Shown here one piece after another: positions 24,366 through 37,288 of a stretch of DNA of 64,000 nucleotides. The notes under the pieces were generated by a model, which did no database searches, had not been told where the DNA came from, and saw only the letters and a list, made by a program, of their open reading frames with translations. This DNA is from Lama glama (taxonomy: Eukaryota): positions 20,834,001 to 20,898,000 of the forward strand of contig CM052816.1 in assembly GCA_028534125.1 (NCBI GenBank), written 5' to 3'. A program made the translations under genes and the position numbers. Each line of letters opens with the position of its first letter. The stretch's first letter is position 1.

Positions 24366-25679
24366 AAGAGACCTTTGTCCTAAAGAACTACAAATGTTAA
24401 AATTCATAATGGAAGAATTCAGATGTTCTTAATGATACAGTGTATTTCTAGCATTTATACTTACTTCCCTTCACAGTTGATCAATTTCTATATAATTAAC
24501 ATCTGGTTGAGGCCAGAGAAATGGCTGTTTTCTTTATATACACTTAAGGATTCCTCCATTGTCTCAGCGGGTGTGTCACCTCCTGAGTCAGAATGAAAAA
24601 CATCTTTGGCTGTAGTTGCGTTCCCTCTTTCTGTGACCTCATACCCGATTCCATGAGCCCAGTGGGACGGTTTCCGGCTGGATTCCCCTGCCCCGCCATC
24701 CTCTGAACAGCAGAGCCTTGGCACAGACATCAATGTCACAGAGAACCGGCAGCTGAGGCAGGCAGAGGGGCCACCTCCTCGTGTCTTGACTGCAGACATC
24801 AAGCTCAGACGGACTATCTGAGCACATGAGAGATTTCCTCAGGGACCCTATCTTTACTCCAGGTTCTTAGGAAATTCAGCTTATTCTTGGATGACAGGAG
24901 AGAGAGCCTTGAAAAATATCCAGCAGGTTTCCCAGTGCACAGTATGTTGTTTTCTTTGTTGTTGTTAGTCAAAAGGCATGTTGGTGGCAGTGGTGTGTCC
25001 GAGCGGCGTGTTCAGCCTCTGCGTTGTGGGAATGTTGCTGGCTGCAGCCCATCTGTCAGGATCATGGTTGTCGTGGAGAAAGTTGCTGATGCACAGCCAT
25101 GAATCATAGTGCGAGAACTGCTCATAATTGCCTTATACGTGTTTTCAGTTCTCAGATTTAAAACCATTTACTGCTGGGAACAGATGTTAAATTCAGGACG
25201 CTTGTCAATTGTTGGCTCCATACCCAAAAATATGCTTAAAATTAGAAGCCTGATTGAATTTTAAGTACAGTGATCACACTGGTTGGAACTAAAATAATTG
25301 AAACGGTAAACAGCTTATTGTGAGGAGATGGGAGGAAGAAATGGAAGGAGAAGCTGAACTCCGAAGCCATGATGTGGAGTTATAATGGGAATTTTACAGT
25401 GACTGTTAAGTTAATTAATACTTAATTGTAATAGAAACTCTCTCGCAGGGCTTAAGGAACATTAATACCAAATACATTCACTCTTAACTTAGGTGATTGC
25501 AAGAGAAGCCATGTGAATTCAATGCTAATAATAACCATCATGTATTGGGTGTCTACTCTGTGTCATATACTTGACTTGAACCTTTATCTATCTGATTAAT
25601 GTCTAGACTGTTGATTATTCTCCAGGGCTAGGAAGGACTGGCAATTTAAGCGATTCTCCTGCTATGGCCAAGTAAAAAC

Positions 25680-25908
25680 AAATTTTTGGTAAAATTACTT
25701 AATGTAAAACTTCCCATTTTAACCATTTGTATGTGTGCAACTCAATGACATTCACAATGTTGTGCAACCATCACCACTATCTATTTCTGGCACTTTGTCA
25801 TCATCCTAAACAGAAACTCTGTCCCTGTAGAATAGTAGCTCTCCATGCCTCCCTCTGCTGGCCCCTGGTAACCTTTACTCTCCTGTCTGTCTCCATGAAT
25901 TTGCCTTG
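25680..25908 (-). mobile_element. L1MB-like 3' fragment
   Basis: acattcacaatgttgtgcaaccatcaccactatct..ctgtctccatgaatttgcct. Confidence 0.8.
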
Positions 25909-26214
25909 GCCAAATATGGTAAGGCTGATGTCACCTCTGTCTCCCCTTTAACCCCAAAGTAACAAGGTCTACTATTCTCATTGTGGTGACCCCTTATGGG
26001 ATGCACAGTCTAACAGGCTGGCCTGAGAGATGTCTGGACCCCCTGGAGCATCACACGGAGGGTGTGCTCAGAGAAGGCTAGCTCTTGGCAATGAGTTGTG
26101 GTAGGCCTGCCTCTCCTGCTCTGCTCCTCATCTTGCCGGGGCTAATTCTTTGAATGTATTAGTCGTTCTTTCAGAGACCTTTCCTGTCACCTCACTGTCT
26201 CCTCTGCTTTGCCA

Positions 26215-26500
26215 AGCTAACTTCAAACCTTATCTTAGAGATTCCTCCAGGAAGCTTTCCCTGATTGTGCCGTGACTCTCATCCTCTGTGGGGTCTGTTG
26301 ACCACCTGTCCTTCCAGAGGCCCCTGCCCATCTTGTATCACAGTTCTGACCACACTGGGCTGTCAGTGTCTGTTCACTTGCCCAGCTGCCCCTCTAGCCT
26401 GTGTGTTGGTGGACAGGCTCGGGTCCCACTGGGCTGCAGCACCAACATCAGCACCATGCCTGGCATGTACTAGATATCTGGTAAGTAAGTGTTGGGTGAA
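26215..26500 (+). mobile_element. L2 3' end
   Basis: tcctccaggaagctttccctgat..agcaccatgcctggcatg..taagtgttgggtgaat. Confidence 0.6.
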
Positions 26501-26836
26501 TCCCCTTCACAACTTCCCATCCCTGGAAAGAATCACAGTGTGCAGTCCCTTTGCTGCCTGCTTTTGCTGGCATTCGCCCTGTTTCCCCTGATTCCTGTGC
26601 TCTCAGGGCTGCCTGAGCCACAGACTGCTGGGATCGGCGTCTATGGAGGGAGGGTGGAGAAGTGCCCGAGAGATGGGATCTTAGAGCAGCAAGAGGCCTA
26701 GTCCAGCCTCAGCTGCCCATGTGCCCTGACCCCTTGAGAGGGGGTGTGTTGAACAGAAATGGGTGCTTGTTGAAATTTACGTAAGTTCAGGTCAGGACTC
26801 AGTTTCCCTATGTGGTTCTGAGGTGTGCTCCTCCAC

Positions 26837-26881
26837 GGGAATTCCTGGCTGCACTCTGGGAATTCCTGGCTGCACTCTGGG
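26837..26881. repeat. perfect 21-bp tandem duplication
   Basis: gggaattcctggctgcactct x2 (26837-26857, 26858-26878) plus ggg. Confidence 0.95.
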
Positions 26882-27344
26882 GCTGTGGGCTTCACGGGCC
26901 TGCTTGTTTGTTTCCTGCTGCTATTGTTGCTGTGCTGTACGCAAAGTAGATTTTCATTTTTCTTAACCCACAAGTGTTGTTTCAGTTTGAAATGGGGAAG
27001 AGATACCATATTTCTGCCTTGTGATGTGCTTCATGTGGTGGTCAAGGTACTCGTTATGTAAATACTGTGTTTCAGGCTTGCGTCTTGTATGAGGAATCCC
27101 ATGCACAGAACCAAGAGAGTGTCAGCTATCCTGGGAAAGTCGTTGGTGATGTTGCCAGGTCAGAGATCAAGTCTTAAACATGTGGGCCTTGGAAGAAGCA
27201 TGGCCAACAGTGTCTATTGGTGTTAACCAAGGAGTGACATCTGGCTTAGGAAAGTCACAGCCCTTGTATCTATTTTCATTTAGTGCATCCTCTCACAGAA
27301 GCTCATCTCAGGGGCATATGTGTATAATTGTTTAATTGATGAAA

Positions 27345-27565
27345 GGCACTCAGTGATTAAGAGGACTAGATTTGAATCCAGATTCCATCACATACTAACT
27401 GTGTACTTGGGCACATCACTTTCCTCTTGGGGACTGAGTTTTCTCATCTATTAATTGGGGTAACAACTGCCGCCTCCTGGGGTGGCTGTGACAATTAAAT
27501 GGGATAAGGCAAGTGCTCACCGGGTCACCACTAGGCTGGCACATCACAAATGCTAAATATCGGCT
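27345..27565 (+). mobile_element. MIR SINE
   Basis: agtgattaagag..tttgaatcc..tgggcacatcactttcctc..gttttctcatctattaattggggtaac. Confidence 0.8.
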
Positions 27566-28538
27566 AGGTGTAGTTTTAGTTCAGTTATATCTAGAATCTC
27601 TAATTCATCCTGAATTTAGATTTCAGTATCTCATATGCTACCAGACAGACTGGTATCTGTGGTCCCTCTTCTAGAGTAGAATCATCAAGGATTGTGATTC
27701 TGAGAGCAATTTACTCTGTGGTCCAATAAAAGGGTGTTGGGAAGGGGATTCCAGCCAGCTCTATGCCTCCCTGCTTGGGGAAGACTATTTTGTTTCAGGT
27801 TATCTCTGCCTAAAGGATAAACAGCATGACCGTTGACAGAAGGAGGTACCTGGTGTGCTTAAGGGTTCTGTCTGAGGTAGGGGCAGCTGAGAAAGGACCT
27901 TCTTGTGACAAGTCTGGGTCACCGTGTATTATCAGCTGTACACTTCTCAGCAGGAGACTGCTGCTTGTGGGGTGTGTGTGTGTGTATGAGGGTGTGTCCA
28001 CGGAGCCTTCTTGATGCTTGGTAGGGACATGGGGTCAGCCCAGCTGTCTAATGTTGACTAAAGCTGCTGCTGTGACAGATGTTCTTTTGTTTAGGGATTC
28101 GTTTTGGGGTATTTAGTACCAAAACTTGAGGGAAACTGTTGCTGCTCAAAGATTCATGCTCTGCATGAAAACCTCTTTATTTGCAGTCTGATTTAATGGG
28201 CACATTAAACCCAGAGTCCTGAGATAGTCATGTGCCAACTGTTGAACGTACCTCCTCAGGTAACAGGGTGAGAATGGGCGGGGCAGCAGCCCTGGGAGGT
28301 CTGAAGTTCCGCCCTGACCTCCAGCGAGCCATCGGAAGCTATTACAGTCTCCACCAGCACTGTCCCTCTGAGCTCCGTCCCAGGCCCACTGGTTTCAATA
28401 GCACACAAGCAAAATCTGGGACAAGGAGACCTGGAGGGAAAAAGCCGAGCTTGGAAGTTGGGTTGTGCGGTTTGTTTGCTGTGTGACCCCTTTTTCTCTT
28501 TTCCTGACCTCCTACCCATGCTACTACCTCTCACTGTA

Positions 28539-28785
28539 TAGGTGATCCTTGAACAGCATGGGTGTGAGCTGCCCAGGTCCACTGATACATGGGTTTTCTT
28601 CAGTAGTCAGTACTACAGTCCTTCACGATCCGCGGTTGGTGGAATCCTCGGAAGTAGAAGAACCACGTATACAGAGGGCCACCTATGCATTAGAGACAGA
28701 TTTTTTTAAAATTTAGTTTTACTTGTTTATTTATTTGAGGGGGTAGTTAGGTTTACTTATTTAACCCATGTCCAAGGATTAACTG
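28539..28785 (+). mobile_element. Tigger2-family MITE (artiodactyl type)
   Basis: TIR-like ends taggtgatccttgaaca / tgtccaaggattaactg, flanked by TA (28537-28538, 28786-28787); internal cgatccgcggttggtggaatcc. Confidence 0.8.
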
Positions 28786-29854
28786 TACATTATGCAAAGT
28801 TCCCTCACTGCTCCTTGGGTGCAGAGAATTTTGGGCTTCACAGAGAACAGGTGATGGGCAGAGCTCTGAGCTGTCTAGGGTGAGAGCACTTTAAGCTCCA
28901 GAGATTTTCTGTTAATTATCCAAACACCCCAGGTTATGGATCCCGTGAGAAGGCTGCTGTGCAGGTTTAGCTCTTCTGGGGCTAGGAAATTGTTAGTGGA
29001 AATAAGATGCAACGTTTATCAAACTCCCCTCATGTCTTGCCTTCTGGGGCCTCACTCTCCGTCCCTCGTGTTTTGTTCTTAGGTTCCGGAGAAGTCTGAA
29101 GGACGGTTGGCAAATGCAGCTGGAATGCGCATCATTTCTGCAAATATGTTCCCTCCTCAGGACAAGGTAAACGGTTTTCTGGCTAGCCAGAGAAAATTCT
29201 TTTTCTTTTTGTCTTTTCCTCTGTGCATCTGGAGTAGTGTTGCCTCTCAAAAGCCTCAGCAGCTCGTTTTCTTAAAACAAGCAAGAGAAAGAAAGCTAAT
29301 TAAAATGAGCCAAAGTAGAGAACATGTTGAAAGGGTAAGATCTCCATCCAGTTTATCTAGCTTTGTAAAATGTTATTTGTCTTGACTAACATTTCCATAT
29401 TTCATCTCATTCTTGGTTACGTATTCATACATCAAACCAACATGGTGTGACTTGGTCCAGTTAAGTGGAACTAAAGGTCAAGACATTCAATATCCCGGAA
29501 GCCACAGGAACTTTTTTTGTAGAACACCTGACTGGTTAACAAATGGAATTCTGCTTCTGGAATCAATTAGGGTCCACAGTGCTCTTCACAATAATTCGTA
29601 CAACAGAAGCATGGCTGCTTATCTATAAAATTTGTATTTGTGTTCACTGGTTCCCTCAGGCACATCCCTGGACTTGAGGGGCTGGTGGCAGACGCGTGCA
29701 TCTGGCTTTCGGTTCCCTCATGTCAGAGGCTTCTTCCCGTGCAGGAGCTATGGCCGGATTCTCGGTGTGCAGAGTGGGCCTAACACGGCAGTGCAGGCTC
29801 ATTGTGGGTCAATTTGCCAAAGCTCAGAGAGTGTTGTTGGCTGGGAAGGAAGTT

Positions 29855-29956
29855 GTACCCAGTCACTGGCTTTGTGGACTTAGTTGATTTTAGCCATGAA
29901 AGTCTCATGTCAAGGGAACTCCCCAGTCCAAGGCAAACCAGAATGGCCAGTACCCC
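29855..29956. mobile_element. MER81-like hAT MITE
   Basis: ttttagccatgaaagtctcatgtcaagggaactccccagtccaaggcaaaccag resembles the MER81 consensus. Confidence 0.55.
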
Positions 29957-30996
29957 TGCCTTGCGGTGACTAGAGAGAGCTGGTCCTCACACCCTCGGGC
30001 TGGGTCTCACCATGCATTAGGAGCTATGGCTGGGATCAAAGTCCCTGGCAAACCCTCATCTCAGAAGGAAAGGTGGTTTCTGGGTCAGGGGCCAGGTGCT
30101 GTGTGGAGACAGGAAGCTCCTGTTCCCTGTCCTCTTCTGAGTTTCCTGTGCTGCCACCTTCCCCAGTCTCCTTTAAGAAGATCACCACATTGTCTTGGCC
30201 CCATGTCCCCTGCCTCATCTCTAGCTCTGTGTTGGCCTCAGCCAGCCACTCTCAAGCTTCTCTGGAGAATGTCTCAGGCACATCTGTTTTTTAATTGTTG
30301 GCTCTGTTTTTCTTTTTTTTTCTTCTCTTGGGGTTTTTCCAGTGACCATCTGTGGCCTCAGGTGTGGCACCTGTGTGCTAAGGGGCCAAGCTTCAGGCAG
30401 GCGACTGGCTTAGCTGGGAAGGCCCAGTTTTCCTCAATGTCCTTGTCCTGTCTCAGTGACTCTGAGGAGCACTAGTCCTCTGACATGAGGCTGGAGCTGC
30501 TGAGTAGGGCGACCTGTGGGGACTGATTTTTTTTTTTTAACTTTATGAAGAAAATTTAAATAACAGTAATGTGTAGATGGTAATACTGAGTTGTATTTTG
30601 AATGACAAAATCATATTTAGGAAAAGAGAATTTTTTAAAACACAAAACATTCACTCTCCATCATCTTTTAAGTGTAGGCCATCATACGCCATATTTGTTA
30701 AATTATTTTTTCCAAGTAGCATTATCAGGTGGAGACATACATGTCAGAGACACATAGAAATTTAACAGTTTTTTTAGGATTTTATTCCACAGGTAGAAGG
30801 TGATACACTGGTGTTTTCAAGGTTGAATCTAAATGAAATTAGTTCATATTTACTCAGTCTAGCATGGAAGAACCAAAGAATCTTTACTGCCCATAACTAG
30901 GTTTTGAATTTTTCTTTTAGACATGCCTTATGTCTAATAATTTTGTATTTTACTCTTGAAGTCAAAATAATCTCCCATTAATCCTTGAATAAAGTC

Positions 30997-32302
30997 TTTT
31001 TTAAAAAATATATTTTTATCATAGTATAGTCAGTTTACAATGTTAATTTCTGGTGTACAGCATAATGCTTCAGTCATATACATTTTCATATTCTTTTCTA
31101 CCATAAGTTACTACAAGATATTAAATGTAGTTCCCTGGGCTATACAGTATAAACTTGTTTATCTATTTTATATATATTAGTATGTTCAAATCTTGAACTC
31201 CCAATTTATCCCTTCCCCCTCTTCCCCCCGGGTAACCATAAGTTTGTTTTCTATGTCTGGGGGTCTGCTTCTGTTTTGTAAATAAGTTCATTTGTCTTTT
31301 TTTTTTATTTTAGATTCCACATATGAGTGATATTGTATGGTATTTTTCTTTCTCTTTATGGCTTACTTCACTTAGAATGACATTCTCCAGTTTCAACCAT
31401 ATAGCTGCAAATGGCATTATTTTCTTATTTTTTATGGCTGAGTAGTATTCCATTGTATAAATATACTACAGCTTCTTTATCCAGTCATCTGTCAATGGAC
31501 ATTTAGGTTGTTTCCATGTCCTGGCTATTATAAATAGTGCTGGTATGAACATTGGGGGGCATGTATCTTTTCGAATTAGAGTTCCCTTCAGATAAATGCT
31601 CAGGAGTGGGATTGCTGGATCCTATAGTAGGTCTGGTTTTAGTCTTTTGAAGAATCTCCATACTGTTCCACAATGGCTGCACCAAACTACATTCCCACCA
31701 ACAGCGTAGGAGGGTTCCCTTTGTCCACAGCCTTTCCGGCATTTATCGTCTATGGGTTTTTGAATGATGGCCTTTCTGACTGGTGTAAAGTGCTATGTTA
31801 TTGTAGTTTTGATTTGCATTTCTCTGATAATTAGCAAAATTGAGCAGTTTTTCATGTGCCTTGGCCATTTGTATGTCTTTATTTTAGAATTGCTTGTTTA
31901 GGTCCTTTGCTCATTTTTGTATTGGGTTGTTTGTTTTTTTATTAAGTTGTATGAGCTGTTTATATTCTGGAAATTAAGCCCTTGTCAGTCTCATCTTTTG
32001 CAAACATTTTCTCCTATTCTGTAAGTTGTTACTTTGTTTTGCGTATGGTTTCCTTTGCAAAATTTCTAAGTTTAACTAGGTCCCATTTGTTTATTTTTGC
32101 TCTTATTTCTATTGCCTGGGTAGACTGACCTAAGAGAACACTGCTACGATTTATGTCAGAGAATGTTTTGCCTATGTTTTCTTCTAGGAGATTTATCGTG
32201 TCTTGTCTTATACTTAATTCTTTAAGCCATTTTGAGTTTATTTTTGTATGTGGTGTGAGGGAGTGTTCTAACTTCATCAATTTACAGGTTGCTGTTCAAT
32301 TT
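30997..32302 (-). mobile_element. lineage-young 5'-truncated L1
   Basis: Antisense copy of the same family as 12658-14948 ([17 protein letters not shown].., GTLLRCWWEC). Confidence 0.92.
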
Positions 32303-32309
32303 GCTAACA

Positions 32310-32990
32310 CTTTAGAGTCATACCCATCTCTCTTTCCTCAACCATCCCTAAGCTCACAACTACTAATCCACTTTCCATCTCTATAATTTTGTCTTGTGAT
32401 AATGTTATAGAATCTCAGCGTAGTGTTTGACTTTTTAAGATTGGCTTTTTTCACACAGCATAATGCCCTTGAGATCTGTTGTGTCTTCTTTTTGTGTATA
32501 TTAGTAGTTCCTTTTTGCTAATGAGTAATGTTCCATGGTGTGCCTGTATCATAGTTTAACCATTCACCTATTAAGAGAGGTTTTGTTTTTTTCCTGCTGT
32601 CAACAATTATATATGTGTTGTGTGGATATAAGTTTTCATTTCTCTAGGATGCCTGACAAATTCAATTGCTAGGTCGTATGATAAGTGTATTTTTAGTTTT
32701 AAAGAAACTGCCAAACTGCTTTCCGTTTTTGAGGTACCTGTACATTGTGCTACAGCTGTACCATTCTAGATTCCAGCAGCGATGTATGAGAGACATAATT
32801 TTTTAACATGCTTGAAAGCATTTGGCAATGTCACTATTTATGTTACTGTTCTAATAGGTGTAGTGAGAACTCATTGTGGTCTTGATTTGCATTTCTCTCA
32901 TGGGTAATGATGTTGAACATCTTTTCATGTGCTTATTTTCCAACTGTATATCCTTTTCGATGCAATGTCTCTTCATGTCTATTGCTTTTT
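32310..32990 (-). mobile_element. ancient L1MC-like 3' end
   Basis: ttggcttttttcacacagcataatgcccttgagat..aagaaactgccaaactg..gatgttgaacatcttttcatgtgc. Confidence 0.8.
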
Positions 32991-33049
32991 ATCTTGAGAG
33001 TTACTAATTAGTCTGGTGGGAGATATGGTAGGGAGGCACAGTATTTTGA

Positions 33050-33880
33050 AATTTCTGGTCTGAGAATATTGAGATATGGACAAAGTTACTCCCTCCCACC
33101 CCCCAAATATTGTGTGAGACAGTGACAGGACAACTGACAGACACTCCCACTTAAAGACGGAGGATGGGAGATGTGTATTGCATCACTGTCATAGCAGTTT
33201 TAAAATCAAGCTGGAAAAGTAGTGTGAGGTTCCTCTGTTTTTGGCAGAACTTCACTTCTAGGTACCTGCTACTTCAGGGGTGGGTGGCGAATGTTCTTTG
33301 ATTGGCAACAAATTCTGCTCATGAAGAGTGGCTTTCTAGTCCATTATTTTCCAAGGCCCTTGACATCACCCTATGAAATGTCCTTCCTTTTCCATTGCCC
33401 TTCTTGGCCATTTCTGAAGAGAAAATATGCCCTTTGAACAATTTTTCAGCCTTTTTTCCTCTTCAGAGGCATTTTTACATTTTGAACAATTTCAACCCAG
33501 CCTGGAGGCACTTAGGATAATACAATATCCTCAGAAACTTTGTGGGTTTTCTTTGTATCTGATTCCATTCAACTCCATTTTCAGAAAGTCACACTCCTAC
33601 TTTTTCAAGAATTTGATGTTTTCTAGGCCTAATCACTGTCACTCGGCATGGCAGGCAATGTTCTTAAGATTCCTAGATTCCTTGTATTTAGCTGGGAGGG
33701 TCTGTAAGACAACACCGTAAATGTTTATGAAACCTTTTGCGTATATGAAGTTTTCTACTGCCCTCTTAGCCAAAGCAAGTCTCATTGTTAAGCCCAGAGT
33801 CAGCATGAGCAGGTGCTACAAAAAGGCATAAACTCAGGGAGTGTGAAAAATTGAGGCATTGATGCAATCCATTTACCATA
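33050..33880 (-). mobile_element. MaLR (MLT1) internal/LTR remnant
   Basis: agccaaagcaagtctcattgttaagcccagagtcagc and MaLR-internal-like upstream sequence. Confidence 0.55.
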
Positions 33881-33899
33881 AAAAGGTAATTTCTAAAAA

Positions 33900-34790
33900 G
33901 TTTGATGTTATTTCTTGTGTGTGTATGTACATGTGAATGTAAATGTTATACTGTATGATACGATGCTGCATCTTGTTATTTTTATTCAGTAAGACCTTTT
34001 AAAGGTGATCTTTTTAACTGCTTTAAGAATTTCATTATATGAATATATAGTGCATTTTATTGAACAATTTCTGTGATGAATGAGCATTTCATTTATTTCC
34101 AAGTTTTTCAGTATTGCTGTGTTTCATATAGTCTAAGATATACCTTTTTTCTCATTTTAACATCTCTCAAATTCATGATGTCTTACAATTACTGCGGTGT
34201 TATTCTTTTATTGGCATACAAAATAATGATGAAACTTGTAATTGCTGGTGTAGATTTGATGAAGTGTGGCATAAACATGGATGAACATCCTCTTGGATTG
34301 ATCTCCACATCAGTTGTAACGATCTGTACTCTCACCATTGCTCTCTGTCCTTGCCAGTAATCAGCACATTGTTAGACTTTTCCACATTTTGCCAACTTGA
34401 TAGAGTGAAATGGTATCTCACTGCAGTTTTAAATGCATTTCCTGACTAATGGTTGGGTTCAACATCACTTCATATTTATTGGCCATTTATAGTTCCTTAC
34501 TGGGAATTGCCTGTTTAAACCTGTTTCCTATATTTTTAATTGGGTTATCTTTATCTTATTTAGAGGATTTATTTATAACATTGTACATTCTAATCTTTCA
34601 TTAGTGTATTGCTATTATCTTACTCCAGTCTGAAGTTTATCTTTTCACTTTGTTTATAGTCTTCTTTATTGTATAGATACTTGAAATTTTAATGAAGTTG
34701 AACTTTTAAAATCAGTCTTCTTTCTTTCTTTTTTTTTTTTTTTATGGTTTGGACTTTTTGTGTCTTGCTAAAAAAAAAATAATCCTTCAA
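33900..34790 (-). mobile_element. ancient L1ME remnant
   Basis: ttttgccaacttgatagagtgaaatggtatctcactgcagtttt..ttggccattt. Confidence 0.65.
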
Positions 34791-34814
34791 TACTACTACT
34801 ATTACTACCTGGAG

Positions 34815-34955
34815 TAGCAGGTACTAGTTCTTGAGCAGTTACTGTATGCCAGGCATTGTTTAAGTGTTTTCTATGTATTTACTCAATTATCACAACAACC
34901 CTAGTGGATAGTTATTATTAACCCCTGTCTATACCAAGGAAATTGGGGCCAATTA
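34815..34955 (-). mobile_element. MIR SINE
   Basis: ttactgtatgccaggcattgtttaagtg..cacaacaaccct..attattaacccc. Confidence 0.7.
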
Positions 34956-34958
34956 GCC

Positions 34959-35284
34959 TGTGATAGGTTGAATACTTCCTCTTCCCTCTCACAGAGATAA
35001 TCACATCCTAATCAATGGAAATGAGAAATGTTATCTTATGTGACAAAGGGATGAACGTTATTTTAAATGGCAAACAATGTGATTAAATAAAAGATCAGGA
35101 GGTGGAGAGGATATCGGGATTATCTGCATGCGCCCCAAATGCCTTCACAAGTATCCTTATGAGAAGGAGATGTTACAACACAGAAGAGAAAACAGTGGGG
35201 CATGAAGGTAGGGATTGGAGTGATGCAGACACAAGCTTAGGGATGCCAATAGTCACCAGAAGCCTGAAGAGGCCAGGGACCTGT
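34959..35284 (+). mobile_element. MLT1C/D-like LTR, 5' part
   Basis: tgtgataggttgaat..cacatcctaatc..tcacaagtatccttatgagaagg..gattggagtgatgcag. Confidence 0.8.
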
Positions 35285-35515
35285 AGCATGATTTCATGTT
35301 ACTGTTTATGTGGGCTTTCTCTTTAATGAATTACCTGCTTATCCATTTTTCTATTGGGTTATCTTTTTCCTGGGAGATCTTTACATAGGCTGCATACTTT
35401 GTTTGGTGTGTGATAAATGAACTTTTTCAGTTTGCAGCATGACTTTTCATGTTATTTGTTTTTACCTTGTATGCTTTGACATTTTTATTTAGTCAAGTTA
35501 AAAATTTTAATTTAT

Positions 35516-35721
35516 TTCAAAATTGTAGAATAGATAAACAAGATTACACTGTATAGCACAGGGAAATATACAAAAAATGTTATGATAAATCACAGAGAAA
35601 AAAATTGACAATGAGTGTGTATATGTCCATGAATGACTGAAAAATTGTGCTGAACACTGGAATTTGACACAACATTATAAAATGATTATAAATCAATAAA
35701 AAATGTTAAAAAATAAAATAA
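35516..35721 (+). mobile_element. very young camelid L1 3'-tail insertion
   Basis: gtagaatagataaacaagattacactgtatagcacagggaaat..; perfect 16-bp TSD aaaaattttaatttat at 35500-35515 and 35722-35737. Confidence 0.9.
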
Positions 35722-35881
35722 AAAAATTTTAATTTATGTTTATATTTCTGTTATTTGTTTGAAAGGACTTTCTGACTTCACGTTTTCTTTTTTTTTTTTT
35801 AACCTTTTAACTCATTATTTATTTCATCTAAATACATTGTGATTGGTGATGATGTTTTATTTCTGGCATCTTGTTTTGTGA

Positions 35882-36075
35882 TTTTTTTTTACATTTTTTA
35901 TTGATTCATAATCATTTTACAGTGTTGTGTCAAATTCCAGTGTTCAGCACAATTTTTCAGTCATTCATGGACATATACACACTCATTGTCACATTTTTTT
36001 CTCTGTGATTTATCATAACATTTTGTGTATATTTCCCTGTGCTATACAGTGTAATCTTGTTTATCTATTCTACAA
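35882..36075 (-). mobile_element. very young camelid L1 3' end running into the gap
   Basis: Near-identical reverse complement of 35523-35713. Confidence 0.9.
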
Positions 36076-36575
36076 NNNNNNNNNNNNNNNNNNNNNNNNN
36101 NNNNNNNNNNNNNNNNNNNNNNNNNNNNNNNNNNNNNNNNNNNNNNNNNNNNNNNNNNNNNNNNNNNNNNNNNNNNNNNNNNNNNNNNNNNNNNNNNNNN
36201 NNNNNNNNNNNNNNNNNNNNNNNNNNNNNNNNNNNNNNNNNNNNNNNNNNNNNNNNNNNNNNNNNNNNNNNNNNNNNNNNNNNNNNNNNNNNNNNNNNNN
36301 NNNNNNNNNNNNNNNNNNNNNNNNNNNNNNNNNNNNNNNNNNNNNNNNNNNNNNNNNNNNNNNNNNNNNNNNNNNNNNNNNNNNNNNNNNNNNNNNNNNN
36401 NNNNNNNNNNNNNNNNNNNNNNNNNNNNNNNNNNNNNNNNNNNNNNNNNNNNNNNNNNNNNNNNNNNNNNNNNNNNNNNNNNNNNNNNNNNNNNNNNNNN
36501 NNNNNNNNNNNNNNNNNNNNNNNNNNNNNNNNNNNNNNNNNNNNNNNNNNNNNNNNNNNNNNNNNNNNNNNNNNN
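36076..36575. other. assembly gap (500 N)
   Basis: Run of N, followed by A11. Confidence 1.
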
Positions 36576-36859
36576 AAAAAAAAAAAGTCTCTTCCATGAG
36601 GATCCTGGTTATAGTCAAATCATTGTATATATAATTATATGACACTAACAATGGGAAGAAAATACATAAACACATCCCTTGGTTATTCTCAGGTGCGTTT
36701 CTTTCACATTGAAAGAAATAGTATCTCTCCATCAATTTGTAAGGTTAATATTAAACAATTCCTTCCCCTCCCCTTCCCATCAAGCTATAATTAAGTCGTT
36801 GCATCTTAGAACCAACATCTCTAATTTGAGAAAATCAGACATATCTCAAATGAGTAAGT

Positions 36860-37275
36860 CACTTCACATCTACCAGCATAACACTCGAGTTTTGACACTA
36901 AAATCAGAAACAAGACAGGGATGCTCATTATCACCATTATTATCTAAGACTATTCAGAAAGGCCTAATCAATACAATAAGAAACAGCATTTAAACTGTTA
37001 ACTATTAAAAATAAGACTATACTATCATTTTCATTCATTCACTCATGGTGTATTCATGTAAAATTCAGGACAATTTAATCTAAAACCATCAGAACTAATA
37101 AGAACAGAGCTTGGTACCATGTTATTAACAAATATGCAAAACTCAATTGTTGGCAAGGGTGTGATGAAACAGACATACTCATATGTAGTTCACAAGAATT
37201 TAAGTTAGTAAACCCTTTTGGAAACAATTTGGCAATCAGTGTCAGAAATCTTAAATATTCATACAAAAATAAATA
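36860..37275 (+). mobile_element. ancient L1 fragments
   Basis: LKSETRQGCSLSPLL RT remnant; ttttggaaacaatttggcaat. Confidence 0.65.
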
Positions 37276-37288
37276 AGTTAATTCCCCT

